From: Vezdaea acicularis
Lineage: Eukaryota
NCBI GenBank assembly: GCA_026025075.1
Contig: JAPEUI010000048.1
Location: 1 to 64,000 of the forward strand
Direction of reading: 5' to 3'
DNA length: 64,000 nucleotides
The position numbers were made by a program, and so were the translations under genes. Position 1 is the first letter of the stretch. Every line of letters begins with the position of its first letter. Positions 24,000 through 37,521 of the stretch are shown here, piece after piece. The notes below the pieces were generated by a model. The model worked only from the letters and a program-made list of their open reading frames with translations. It did no database searches and had not been told where the DNA came from.

Positions 24000-24276
24000 G
24001 CCAGATATTGCGATTATCTGACTGCAGTGGCCATGACGCAGGGACTAAGGTCTCCAAAAATTTTCACGTGTTTACGTGGGGTCGGCGCGTTCGGCAAAAC
24101 ATTTAGCGAGCGACAGGGGTGCCCCCGAACGTCAACAAACATTTGGCGGATGTTCGACCTCGCACCATTACCATTCTTTATTTGGATGAACTCTTTACGA
24201 TTCCCTCCAAGCATGTCATAGTACTGTTGTATTGCGCTGCATTATATTTTAGAGCTTCATTGTTCTAACCGCCATC

Positions 24277-27200
24277 ATGGTCGCCCCAGGCCCCGGCCTC
24301 GATACGCCGCGGACCCAGGCGGATGCTACCTTCATCACCAATTCCGCATTGGATATTTCTATGGAACCTTCCTTTCATTCGCCGTCGAAGGAAAAGAATG
24401 ATATTGTTCACCAGTTAAAGAGTAATCGGAGAGGCATCAATCTGAAGACGCCCCGAGCTCGCGCCCCATTCGGCGACCGTCGCAACCTCCCCTCTGCTCC
24501 TAATGCGGCAGAGTTTACTCCACTATTGAAGAGTGTTACGAAGTCGAATCTTCTGAGGGCACAGGGAAAGGAGAATGGTATTCCTCCAACTCCAGCAGCC
24601 TTGAGGGCCGGCGGATTAGAGAGCATTGCGGGAACACCGGGTTTGCCGATGAATAGCTCAGGGATCTATCGGGACGAGACAGGTGCTTCCTTTATCATGG
24701 AAGATGCAAACGGCACGCCATCACAGTTGGTTGCCAGTAGTAGTGCTATGTCAACACCGCTGGCGATGCTGCCAAAACGGGACGCTGGCGGTGTGCTAGT
24801 TGATGGTGCGCAAATGCTTACTCTAAGGGAGCAAGAACAGGTACAATCTCTTGTATAGTCACTGGTGGAGATCATGGCTGACTGGGAAACAGAGGCTTGA
24901 CAAGGTCGAGAAGGACAACTTTGGCCTAAAGCTGAAGATTCATTTCCTCGAGGAAGCATTACGGAAATCGGACAAGGACTACAACGAGGCAGCAATAAGG
25001 GAAAATACCGATCTCAAGGTAGACAAGGTCACGATGCAAAAGGAGCTTCACCGGTACCGAAAATCTCTCGGGGCGGCAGAACGAGACTTGGAGCTATACA
25101 GGCAGCAATTTGCGGAGTTTCAAGAGAAGATGAAAAAAAGACATGCAGACGCAGGACAACGAGAGGAACTCGAAAGAATACAGCAACTACTCGAGGAGAG
25201 GGATGCTGAGATCCAGAGGCTTCAAGTGGAACTGCAAAATGGTCAACACGGTTCCGCAGAGGCGGAAAAGCTTAGGGACGATATTGGAGATCTTGAAGCG
25301 GAGATCCGAGACAAAGAACGAGTTGTAGAAGAGCAAGAAGACCAAATCGTGGGTCAATTTCACCAAATAAATGCCAGCATGCTAACCATGGCTAGGACGG
25401 ACTCAAGGAGAAAGTCGAGCAAGGTGCTACTGCAATGGCTGAGCTAGAGGAGAGATTGGGAGAACTTAAGAGCCAGGCAGACGGAGTGGAGCGAATCAAG
25501 CTTCGGGCTGAAGAGCAAGCTGAGGCTCTAAAGAATTCACAAGATGATCTCCAAGACGCTAATGAAAGGATTCGTGAACTCGAAGATGTTAATGAGCGCC
25601 TTACTTCAGATGCCAAAGAAGCCCATGAGGACGCCCAGGAGGCTATGCAGGAGCGCGATCGAGCTCAAACCGACCTAGATGAACTTCGAGACGAAATGTC
25701 GAACAAGTCGTTCAACACTAAAGGTCTCAGCCGTCAAATGGAGGAGAAGGCAGTAAGGTTGCAACATGAGTTTGAAGAATTGAAGCGAGAGCACCAGAAT
25801 ATGCAGGATTCCCATGATGCGAAAGTCCGTGAAGTCGCGAAGTTTCAGGAAAAGCTACAGGATCTAGAGCAAGAGAGTGAAGCCAATGTCCAAAAGCTAC
25901 AAGGCGATGTTGAGCTTGCGCTGCATGAGAAGGACATTGCGGTCCGAGAGCGAAAGTCTATGGTTGCGCAGCTAGAACAGGCTAAAGCAGACCTCGTAAC
26001 AGGAATTGAAGCTAAGGATCTGCTGCAGTCTCGTCATGAGAGAATGACGACGGAGCTCGAGAGCTTGCAAAAAGATCTCACCAAAGCGCAGTCGACAGTT
26101 CGCCAACTCGAAGAAGATCTCGAGGAGGAAAAGCAGCAAGCTCTTAGCAACGATCGAGCCATTCGTGCCGAGACCAAGGATGAGATGGAACGGCTGAAAG
26201 ACGACTTTGAAGATCTGCGGCAGGAGTATGACGAAAAGGAACGGCAATTTGATGAAGAGCGGGATAATTGGGATAGCGATCGGCTGGACCTTGAGGCGCG
26301 ATACTCGAGGGCGACAGAGCAAATTACTGGACTTGAACGGACGCTTGAGAAGCTTCAAAACGACGGGACTACACCTTCGAACAAAGAATCACAATTGAGA
26401 GATGCTTTAGAAAGCGAGCAGAAACGCTATGGAGCAGAGAAAGTCGTCCTAGTCCGACAAATAGAGGAGCTGAAAGAGGAAGTGGATTCTAGGCGTCAAA
26501 TCATTACAGAAACCCGCGCAGAACTTGCCCAGGTTAAGGAGAAATTACGCATCAGCATTCGCGAAGAAGAAAACTTCAAGGAAAGGGTTCAAGGCTTAGA
26601 AGATGAGATCGAAGTGCTTCAAAGTAGTTTCGATGAAGAGAGTGAGCACGCTAAGGTCGAGATCTCTGCTGCGCGACAAGAGATCGACGGCTTGCGCCAT
26701 CAGTTGATCAGCACGAAGCAAGATCTTGAGAAGGCCGAAGCTGCTTCTTCCGATGCCAGAGCTACTGTCGCAGCATATGAGGGTGATATTCAGCGGGGCG
26801 AACTCTCCAGTGAGACCGCTGGCCAGAGAGTTCAACAACTAGAAGCCCAACTTAACGAAGTGAGGAAAGACAAGCAATCTCTACAGGATCAACATGCCAA
26901 CTTGAACATCGATATGCACAACCTCCGTACCAGCTATGCTGAGCTTGAAGCCCAACGCGATGAAATCAAGAGTCAGTTGAAGCTGGCAAGGCATCAAGTT
27001 GATGAGACCATAAGGCTCGATCAAGAGAAGCTCAACCTCAGAACAGCTAAGACCAGACTCGAGCATGACGTTGCAAGGCTCCGAGAAGAGAAGAAAGTCG
27101 CCCTCGAGAAGTCTGAGGCCATAGAGAAGGAGCTTGAAGACGAAATCGAAAAGGCTGCGGCCGAAGAGAGCCGAATGGAGGTCGAGATCGAGGGGCTCCG

Positions 27201-28666
27201 AAAACAGCTAGCAGTAGTGTCAGAGGGCCGAGATCGAGAACTGAAAGCTGCTAAACGTAACGTTAAGCACCTCGAAGGTCGAGTCGAGGAGCTCGAGCAG
27301 CAAGCTAAACCCACGGATAGGAGCGTTGAAGGAGGTACCGAGCTATCAATAATAAGACAAAACCTCTCCGAGGCCCGGAAGAAGGAGAAAGACTACGCTC
27401 AAAGAGAAGCCAGTTTACGAGACAGCGCCCGTGAGATGAAACGCAAAATCGCAGACCTCGAACGAAACCTACAAGAAGCAGAAATTTCCAAATTCGCCCC
27501 AAACTCCCCCCAATCGTCCGCGTTGGGCTCGGCTCAGAAGAACGAGCTTGTCGAAACCTGCCGCCAGCTCGCAGAAGCCCATCACCAGACCAAGTTACTA
27601 CGCCACGAGCTCAAAGAAGCCTCCCGCAATCTTCAGCAAAAGCTTGATGCCCAGGCCCGAGAAGTACAGTCCCAAATCTCCGTCCTTGAGAATGAGCGCG
27701 AGCAATTCGAGTCCGACATCGCCGACCTTCGCCTTCTCCTCGAAGACCAAACCAGCAAGACCGCCTCCGCCGAGCAAACTGTGACCCGTTTGCGTACACG
27801 CATGCAGAACCTCGAACGCAGCCTCTCCGAGGCACGCATGCAGAACGGCGACCACACCATCGCCGAAGAGCGCAAAGACCTCCATGATATGCTCAAAGAC
27901 GCTAAGCTTGAAGTTGAGGACTTGCAAGCCCAGATCCGCGACCGCGAGGGAACCATTGAGAATCATCTCCTGGCCGAAAAGGACCTACGTGCTCAACTGC
28001 AGCGCGTCCGCGCTGAGCGCAGCATGCAGACCCAGCGAGCAAATGCAACAGCGAAGTCCCTTGAGACGATGCAACGCCGCTACGAGCGCAGCGCGCAGAA
28101 GATGTCCGCACTGCAAGCCAGCTTCGAAGCCGAGCGTCGCGCCCTGACGAAGGGTGTGCGCTTCCCGAACATGTCCCTCAGCGAGGCGCACGGCGGAGAG
28201 GACGCCTCGATGGCGATCCGGACACTTGAGAGCCGGCATCAGAAGGAGCTGAAGGGCCTGGCGACGCAGATCGGGTATCTGCGTGCGCGATGCGTGCGTG
28301 AGGAAGGCTTCCGGGCCGATCTGGCCTACGCGAAGAGGTTCTTCCTCATGCAGATTAGGCTGTATAACACTTGGTAAGTCTCTTTCTTTCACTTCTCTCC
28401 TCTTGTTAAGAGCAGACGCTCACTGTGACTCGTGTAGCAATCGAGCGGATCTGCAGATGATTGAGGAGATGGGCATTACGCCCGATAGATCTTTCCATGA
28501 GAGACGACCAAGCCTGAGGAGTGTGGTGTTTATGGTCATGGCGGCGGGGCGCATTTCGAAGAGGGAGAAGGAGTGGAGGGGCCAGGTGAGGGTCAAGGAG
28601 GGCTTGGTGAGGTGTCTGGAGGGCTTGAAGAAAGGGAAGATTGCGAAAAAAAGCCTGGGGTATTAG
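24277..28666 (+). CDS. pcp1: Spindle pole body protein Pcp1/PcpA (pericentrin/Spc110-like)
   Basis: N-terminal CM1/Cnn_1N motif LTLREQEQ|RLDKVEKDNFGLKLKIHFLEEAL, about 1000 aa of coiled coil, C-terminal PACT-like REEGFRADLAYAKRFFLMQIRLYNT..NRADLQMIEEMGI. Introns start at 24841, 25349 and 28374. Confidence 0.92.
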
Positions 28667-29350
28667 TGCCAACTCTGCTGTTTGCGAGGGGATCAGAGCT
28701 CTTGTTGTACTCCGTGACAACGATATTGACTCGTTCTGTAGAGCATCCGTGGGCGTTTGGTTTGGGGTTATATTATGGAGTTCCGTACGATAGCATTGTT
28801 CCTGGATTTGCATAGCATCAGAATGCATATCCCGTTTATGAAAAGATATATTCGCGCCCGTTAATGTTAAAATGCTTCACCAATGTAGGGCATTGAATGG
28901 TGTGCTTGGTGCTAGACCTGGGTCAAAGATGCCAGCATTATAGCTGGATGAGATCATGGATTGCTCTCGCATCACCGAGAATGAGCATTGATTTTCACAC
29001 CGCATTTGGCACCCAAATCGCCTTTCATTTGGATTCAGATCATCTGGAACATTCTAATCCCTAGGGATATGCTTCTATGAGCCATTACGCAGGAGAGCTA
29101 AGCAAATAATTATGCTAATTATCGGAGAACACCAGTTTTTTCTGCTAAGCTAAAGCGTATGGAGAACGACGAAATGAAAATATTTGCAAAGCGATTAGAA
29201 GGTATCGCCAACATGTTCTCGTTCTAATTTAAAATAACGCACACATGGGCTGATCGTGCCTGAACGCTGTCCTTTGGGCAGAATGATTAGCTACTAACTT
29301 CTCGGTGCTTGACTTAACGAGGGAGACAGCCTCACTTTCAAGTGGGAGGT

Positions 29351-31637
29351 CTATCTCAGTGCGAAGAGGACTACCAAAAGTCCCAGGAAGGCAGCAAGTA
29401 AGGTGTATCTAGATTCAAGAGCGCCGGCATCGTTTAGGCTCATCCTATCTGCAAGTGCTGGGGGCTGCGATGGAACGGTAAAGATGCTTTCGTTTGCGCT
29501 TGATCTTGTCTGGGCGGTTGCACTGGCTTGTAGTCCCCTTGTACCACTTGTTGTGGAGAATTCCGACTTTAGTGAAGGGCCAATTGTAGAGATCTTAGGT
29601 GGAAAAGTTGGTAAAGGAGTGTAATCCTTCAAAGGACCAGAAAGGGAAGGTGAGCCCGGGGTAACCCAAGTTGTAGGCACTCCAGCCCAGCCTCCGCCAT
29701 AAGCGCCACCAAGTGACTCTGGCGCCCAGACGGGCACTAAGGAAGTCTCAAAAGTCGGCGAACTGATGTAGTAATCAATAATCGTTAAACTCGGTGTTGA
29801 TCCGCTGGTGGGCGTCGGAGGGGTGATGGGAGCAGTGGTGACTGGAGCATGTTTTACCCCCAGAGTGATATATTCCTCAACAAGGGAGGAAGCCAATGGC
29901 GCAAGCTCTGCCGATAGCGACGTGGAGAGATTGTACCTAGATGGACCTGTTGGGAAAGCTAGTGACCCATTTGTTACATTCTTCATTAGGTCGGAGAAAG
30001 CGGAGGCAAGCAGCTTGGAGAACTGGTCAGAGGTGGCAATAACAGCCGAGATATTGTATTGTGAAGTAGGATACAGAGGAAGTGACTTGTCCTTGTTGGA
30101 GTTTAATGATGAGGTGCTCGAAGCAGTCTGGACCGTTTTGTCCTTGTCAGCAATAGAGGTGGTCTTGTCTTTGTCTTTATCAGGGTCTTGCACGGAGGTT
30201 GCTGAAGGGATACCGGAAGTCTTATCCTTATCTGATTCTAGTGCTGAGATGCTCGTAGTACTCGGAAAGATCTTGTCCTTGTCAGCAATAGAGGTCGTTT
30301 TATCCTTGTCCTTATCAGGGTCTTGCGCTGAGGTTGCTGAAGGGGTAGTGGAAGTCTCGGTCTTGTCTAGAGTTGGTACAGAGGTGACTCCAGCGATCAC
30401 GGCAGTCTTATCCTTGTCCTTATTCGGGTCTGGTACTAGGGTGCTGGAAAGAGCGGAAGAAGTCTTGTCCTTTTCAGGCACTGAGACAGCAGAGTCCTTG
30501 TCAGGATCTTGAATGGAAGCGGCCGAAGGGCTAGATGTTGTTACATTCTTGTCTTTGTCTGGGTTCGGTATGAAGGTGACTGCAGTACATGATGCTGTCA
30601 TATCGGTGTTAGGGCTGAGGAGCGAGCTGCCCAAAGAAAATGACACCGTTCGGTCCTTGTTGGCTATGGAGGTGGTCTTATCCTTGTCCGGAATTGACGT
30701 GCCTACCATGGTAGAAATAGTCTTATCCTTACTGGGTACTGGATCGCTTGTAATCGTCGAGGTAGTCTTGTCATTGCCCGACACCGCAAAGCTGAGAGGC
30801 GAAATAGACTTATCTTTGTCTACTAGAACGGAACTTGAAGTTGAAGGGGGCAGCACTTGAGCTGTTGGAAGCTTATCATCCAGACTGCTCAACGATGTAG
30901 ATAGATCATCTTTACTCGAAGAAGGAGCTAAGAAAGTGTCAACCCTTTCACTTTTTCGTACCTCTGGGTACCACGCAGTGGCAGTTTGACTCAGGAAGGG
31001 GATTTACCTGTGGAGCTTTGTTCAACTTTATCCAGTGGAATTGGGGAGCTGATGAGGCTGTATGCTGGGGATGGATACATCGTCATTGAAACATCTTGGA
31101 TGTTGGCCACCAGGCCCGAAGAGCTGGTAGCGGAGGGAGTATCCTTGCTAATGCTCCAGAAGTCTGGATCAGGACCTTTATCATTGCCATTTGTGTCTAG
31201 TGTTGTCAAATCGTATTATCAGTCTCCAGACTCGACCCATGAAACAGACACTCGAACGAGTAAACCGAAAGGAGACATATCAGGTGAGCTATTCGCGAAG
31301 GGAAAGCTTCGAAAGGGATAGGGTTTCCATGTAATGGAAGTTGAAGGAGCAACTAGATAGAGAAAAGCTGTGGTAGAGATTTACTCAATATTTCGGATCG
31401 ATTGAGGTTAGGGTGTAGCACAAACGATCTAGCGGACGAGTCTAGGAATAAATACAACAAGTAATTAGATACCTACCGAATGTACGACCTTTCAGCATTC
31501 GACCAGATTTTCCTGTAAGAATTAGACATCGGCTTGCCGGGTTCGAACAGAGAAGACCAAATACCTTGACTGCCTCTTACACCTAGGACGGTTGGGACGG
31601 CTATGGTGAGGAGCACTGCAAGCGTTTTGATCCGCAT
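29351..31637 (-). CDS. Secreted/GPI-type Ser/Thr-rich surface protein with DKDK(T) repeats
   Basis: Signal peptide MRIKTLAVLLTIAVPTVLG from ATG 31637, four short upstream exons joined by phase-1 introns to the 513-aa ORF, and a hydrophobic C-terminus YTLLAAFLGLLVVLFALR. Confidence 0.75.
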
Positions 31638-32263
31638 CTTGAAGAGAATGGCCCAGTTTCAGGTGTACACAGGCGAGGAACCTCAAATCCCAGGCACTAG
31701 ATCTAAGACCAGTTGTAACGACCGTGAACGTAGTACAAGATAAATTGAAAAGACGAGGAGGGAATGACAGTGAGAGGAGGAGAGAAGGAAGATTTATTGC
31801 GGGATGGGAGAACAGACCAATGAACTCGGCAGGGCAGCTTCACGTCAGTATTGCTGCAGTATTGCTTAAGGCAGGTACGAGGGGGCACCCACGGCCAATT
31901 AGGGAAGTGTGTTGTCGCTTACAGAGGTCTCCTTTGTGCGAATACCGCAGGTGCAGTCCTTGGATCCTGCCCTTCTAGGACTATGAAGGTCTCTAACATC
32001 CTCAGCAATCACGCAATGTTGGGTTAGTCGAAAGGGCTGGATCCCTGCCCCTTTAAGTTCATGGAGGCGCTCTTTCCCATTGTCTCCGCGCCCTACTTAA
32101 AATCCTCACCTTGCCCACGTCCCAACCCTTTCACCTCCCAAGTATACCATACAGATCGTATTCTTGTTTTTTTGGAGTCCCACTACTTCACTCTTAGGTT
32201 TTTGGAATCTGTTAGATAGCTCTTTTAAACCAAACCTTAGATTCTTCACTCAACGCTGTCAGC

Positions 32264-33033
32264 ATGTATTTAACTCCGTTTGTACTCAGTGCTCTCCTCA
32301 GCTCCATCCTTATCAATGGAGCGTACGCTGGATCTTTTTTCAATAAAAACCCTCGAGACTTAATAAGCCATTGGTACGGCAGTCCTAGGTCCTATGTCGG
32401 TGAGCTCCCCTGTATTCAAAATATTGGCTTTTCATCAATTACTTACTGTCTTTAAAGTCAAAGAACCAGTGAAGCGTGACGAGCCATGTCTGTATATACA
32501 CGGAAGTACCAATGGAAACTAGTAGCTTACGTTACGTAGTTCTCAGCGTAGCTTGCTACACAGCTACGGTCACAGTTACCACGATACCATATTACTGCGC
32601 GACGAACGCCCTCATGATTCCTTCAGTCACTCCGATATCCATAACTGCTGCTCCAGTGAGATTCATGCATAACTGAGGAGAAACTTTAGACTTACATTTT
32701 TCGCAGGCCCCCAATTCTACTTCCAAATCTATCGATGCCAGCCCGTATACTTCCACACACATCACTACCACGCCATACTCCAGTAAAACACCAATAGCCG
32801 CATCAGGGGCTCCAGCCACGCCCTTTACACCACCAACGAACACCACGACGACTTATAGCGTTAGGACGCTCAATGCAAGTTCCTCAAGCAGCGCGCCTGC
32901 TAGTACTACATTTAGCCCCGCAACAAGTACTAGAGCTAGCGGCGCAAGCGGAGTTTACTCTAGTACTGGAATGATTGTCCTTATGATTTCCGTTTCTTTC
33001 ATGCTTGCTCAGCTCATCGTAACAAGGGGATGA
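32264..33033 (+). CDS. Small secreted Ser/Thr-rich GPI-anchored protein
   Basis: Signal peptide MYLTPFVLSALLSSILINGAYA, three introns, KR dibasic site, S/T-rich body, and C-terminal SGASGVYSSTGMIVLMISVSFMLAQLIVTRG-stop (omega site plus hydrophobic tail). Confidence 0.75.
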
Positions 33034-33309
33034 AGAAAACATTTGAACAGGGTGTGGCCAAAAGATAGGACATATCGGAGTAACGCCTGTAGCATGGAGA
33101 GATGAAACTAGGGGAATGGACTGTGGTGTTTCAGAGTAGGATCTGCTGTCGTTATGGGTGTTATTAGTTCGTTTTAGTCTATAAGGGAATCAATGACAAT
33201 CGCTGTATAAAAGTTTCAAATCATGGCTTGAACCATGATAATTCATAAGACAGTTTGAGATATACAACCTTGGTTGCCACCGCGCCACCTGATGCACCTA
33301 GCCCGAGTT

Positions 33310-36300
33310 CTAATATTGTACATCATCGCCTTTCGATAACTCGAGGGGGCAGCCACCACCAATGTGGTCCCGAATTAATCGTGCATGAGTGACCTTTGTA
33401 CCCACACTCCTCAGAAAGCTCCCAGTATCTTCAGTTACCCCAAACTCAACTAAAGCTTTTCGCTCTGGGTGATGTTCGTAATCAAGGAGGCAGGAGAGAT
33501 GGAAGATGTGGCCGCACGTGAAGCCAACAAGCGTTTCTTTCTCTGCAGAGCCTTTTAGTTCATGCACAGTATTGAGGAATTTAGCAAGTGCGTGAACTTA
33601 CCATCTTCGCGGAAATGATCAAGGCAGCCGACGCACTCCCCAGGTTTTGGAGGCTTCGTGGCTTTATTGTCGTCATCTTCCGCGCCATCTAGCTTATCCA
33701 TGGATACATCATCAATTTTGACCATAGGAACATTCTTCTCCACAGTAACGTCGAACTTAACACCTCTCCGCTGTCCCGTCCGAAGCTTGTCCATACCCAT
33801 TGCCACCTCCCCCCTTAGAACCCTTGCCACGCCCTCACTGATGCTCCACTGAATCTCATACTCCTTTATCATCCGCCCCAACCCATCCTTAAGACCCTCT
33901 ATCTGGAGACCTTCAGGTATTCGCCGTACGAGAGTAATCGGATCAATCGCCGTCCCAACTTCCTCAAGAAGGCCTCTGATGAAGCGAGGCTTATCCATGG
34001 AATATTCGAGGAGATCATCCCAGAGGGCAGGGTCGTCTTGCTCCTTCGCGAAAGCAATAGCGCCGGAAACATCATGGAGCTGATCTATGATAAGGAATAG
34101 AGCACGTTTCGTCTGGCCCGTCTTCGAGAGAAGATAGACCTGCTCGGGGATGTAATCACGAGCGTCACATATGGCGGTAGCCTTCTCCAGGTTGTAGGAC
34201 TGCGAAGATTTGAAGAACTCCATGAGGAGCGGGCGGTCGTATTCCGCAAAGAGATCGACTACCAGATCGCCGAACTCTTCAACAAGCGTTTTGCCTTCAG
34301 TTGTTATACGATCTGTAGCTAGGCGATGCTGGTCGGAACCATCACTTCGCCAGAGACTGCGGAAGTAAAAGAAAAGGAAGAGTTGCCTATCAGCGTCGAG
34401 TAATTGGGTTACGACGTTGTCAGGACGCACAATACTGTGCTGAGCCTCGTCAACAAGGAGCTTGATCGTTTCAGAGCTGGCTTCTTCGAGTTCGTCAATT
34501 GTAGCTGTTCTCATCTGCTCTTCACTCACTCTAAGTAGGATCAGCCCTGGGATGTCATCTGCGACTGCGTCAAGGAGATGATAATCTTTAATAAGACCCA
34601 TCGCCATTTCAGCATCTTTGAGTCGTACGTAATATTTAAGCGCCTCTCGTGGACGTCCGTCAGCAAGAAGTAATCTTGCTACACCTTCCGTCAAGATACG
34701 CCAGTCTCTGCCCCGCTCGCCACCTTCCACCGTGTCTTCTCGTACTTCGCCGGTCTCTAGTTTTCCTTCTAGAGCCGCGGTCACGCTTTTGATGTCGAAT
34801 AACTCGGCTGGCCACTCTTCAAGGATCTCTTTAAGTCTCAGCCGATCGTATGCGATGTAATGGCCAAGAACAACTTCAAAGATGAGTGACGAAAGTGGTG
34901 GTTTCAGCTGTTTGGTTGGAATGAACGGTGTGATCTCTTCAATCCTCTTTGCTTCGATGAAGACCCATATCCAATGGTCCCATCTAGAAGAAGTTGTTAG
35001 CACTTTTGCACACGCAGCAGCAGCTGTCGACCATTCGTTCGCATTTACGAGCTGCTCAAGCCAGAGCTCACCAATCCGGCGCTTTTCTTTCCCCACGGCC
35101 GAGAATAAGTTTTTTGTTGTTGAAGACGGAGTAGCGGAGGAGTCATCTGCATAGAAGTCATCGCTACTGGCCTTAGTTTTGGTCGGCGTTACAGGCAAGT
35201 CATCCGATTCGAGATCTGAAGCTTCCGTTGAGATGATCTCGGGATGATCATTGAGCAGCTCCCAAGCTTCCTTGAATTTTTCCCGCTCTAAAAGGAAGCC
35301 TAGGTGATCTGCCAAGTCTCTCTTGGTAGCTAGAACGCAGTCGTATGGGCTTTGGATGATAATTTTCATACCAAGACTTGCCAGCTGTGGATTGATAACG
35401 GTTGCCTGCTGTTGGATTTTGCTGGCAAAGCTGCTACTTACTTTCCCACTTCCACTTCTACTGTCACTGCTGAGGACACTAGCGGCGGAAGTAAACATTC
35501 CTGTGGCGTAGGCACCTGCAGTCCAGAGGCTTCCTCCTATAGCCTCAAACGCCCCCCTTTGAGATGCGTTCACCGCATTTTTTCTTAGTGCTGGTAAGAT
35601 CCCTAGGTGATAGTCCGTAGCAGATAGTGTCTCGAACCTGCTCATAGTCAACGAGTCTGTACTAATCTCCTCAGATGTGTTTATGTCTATTAGATGAAGT
35701 TCAGGCGACAGAGCATTTTGACGCCGAGGGACTCCCCGCCTAGGAGTCGTCTCTGGCGATGAGTTGAAAGATGCTTTTGCGTTACTTTCGTCGGGAACAA
35801 TATAAGCAAGTAGGACAAGCAAAGAAGGGGTATATAGCGATAAACCAGAAATGATGCAATCCGTCCGTAATCTGGAGTACAGTTAGTGGGTTTGTCGACG
35901 AAGAGAGTTTACCCACACACATGTTTACAATCTCCGCCCGGCCAATAGACTTTTCTCCAACATTCTTGCCCACTCCAGTAGTACTGGGATGGACGTTGAT
36001 TATCCAGACTGTACCACCCCAGCCCACTATAAGTTTCTCGGGTCTCTTTGCGTTCGACTTGCTAGGTGCTGGTAGTGCCTTGAGACTTGAGGCTGCAGGA
36101 CTGGACGGTGCTTGAGGCTTGGCTGTTAAGGGCGGCTCATCGTCCGCCTCTAAACCGCGTTCGTCGACCCATTCAGCTCTGCCTTTCCAAACAGTGCTCA
36201 TCTCTTCCCATCCAGACCCCCGGGGTCTATCAACATGGCTGACGCGTTTCCATGCAGCGTCAAGGTCTTCGCTTTCGAGGTGAAGATTCGAGCGCATAAT

Positions 36301-37302
36301 CTTTATGCCCTGCTCGTTTATCCAAACTACATAGTCACCGGATCTTGACCATTTGATCAGACTGATAGCACCCTCTCCAGAATGAAGTACATTGTCCTTC
36401 CCAGTATTTGTACTGAGCCCGACTGTACTGAGCCATCCGGATGCTTGCGCAGCAGCACTCCCTGTAGTGCTTGATGTCGAGCTTGTCCCTGCTCGACCTC
36501 CCACTGTAAGCACGAGGTTCCCGGCTAGGCCCCCAGAAAGATACGTCCGATCGTTTTTATACGCTGGCGACAAGGCAATGGCTTGTACAGGGCGCGCAAA
36601 GTTTCGTAGCAGCACATCTTTAGGGTCCACGAGTGATGACACGCAAACATTCCCATCAATTGACGCCGTACCAATGTAAATTGAATTTGATGCAGTTGCT
36701 GGGACAGGAGGCTGTTTGAAAGGGCTTTTTCCTGCAGGAGAACCTCCTGATGCTGCGCCAGGCTTTCCAGGGGAAAGGTGGCTGGCTACGGCGGCGGCAG
36801 CTTTAATAGCAGCGGCGTCTGACCTCGGGTTCGGGATTGGGGGTGGGAAAGGTGATATGGAAACCGCAGTCACGGATGCGGAATGGGCATGATATACTCG
36901 GAGAGTCTGGAGATTTGGAAGAGCAAGTACGTGCTATAATTGCTATGAGCAGCTGTTGGTTGTGACATAGCGAGTGGCAAGGTACATACGACATTACCAT
37001 TATGAGTACCTATTATCTGTGAAGTATTAGCCTTCGCTCAGAGCTTCAGTCCCAGTATTATCATCTAGGAGCCACACCATCTTATCTCCCCCAACCAAAA
37101 AGGCACTCATAGCGTCACCGTTGCGATAGACCCCTCCCAAGCTACCAGTCAGGCGCGCATACTTGAGCTTGGGTTCGTCCTCCTCGTCTTCTTCCTCACC
37201 CTCTTCCTCGCCCTCTTCTTCCGAGACTGCCTCTTCAATTTGATTGGTGAGTCCGTCATCTTGGCTTTGCGATCCTGACCTTTCCTCCGGCTTAGAAGCC
37301 AT
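33310..37302 (-). CDS. VPS41: HOPS subunit Vps41
   Basis: EDEPKLKYARLT, IIGTHNGNV, IGTASIDGNVCV, LHSGEGAISLIKW, LIVGWG, clathrin-repeat AIAFAKEQDDPALWDDLLEYSMDKPRFIRGLLE, C-terminal RING CGHIFHLSCL. Confidence 0.96.
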
Positions 37303-37521
37303 TGCGCCGGATGGAGAAGCTCAAGCGCTTCTCAAAGCGATGCAAGAACCGGCGCTCAAATTGTGAACCGAGAGCCGATGCTCGGCATCCATATTCTCGG
37401 TTCTACATCTAGTCTGGAACACACCACCTCGGCTTTTCAGCACTCACGACACCTAGGACGGAGAGCCCGGCATGTTCATCGGAGATCTCAGTCGTTACCG
37501 TTACTATCCAGAAGAGTATAT

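Noticed and set aside
29808..30860. Hydrophobic plus-strand ORFs (VLSLSL repeats)
   Set aside because: Antisense shadow of the DKDK repeat exon.
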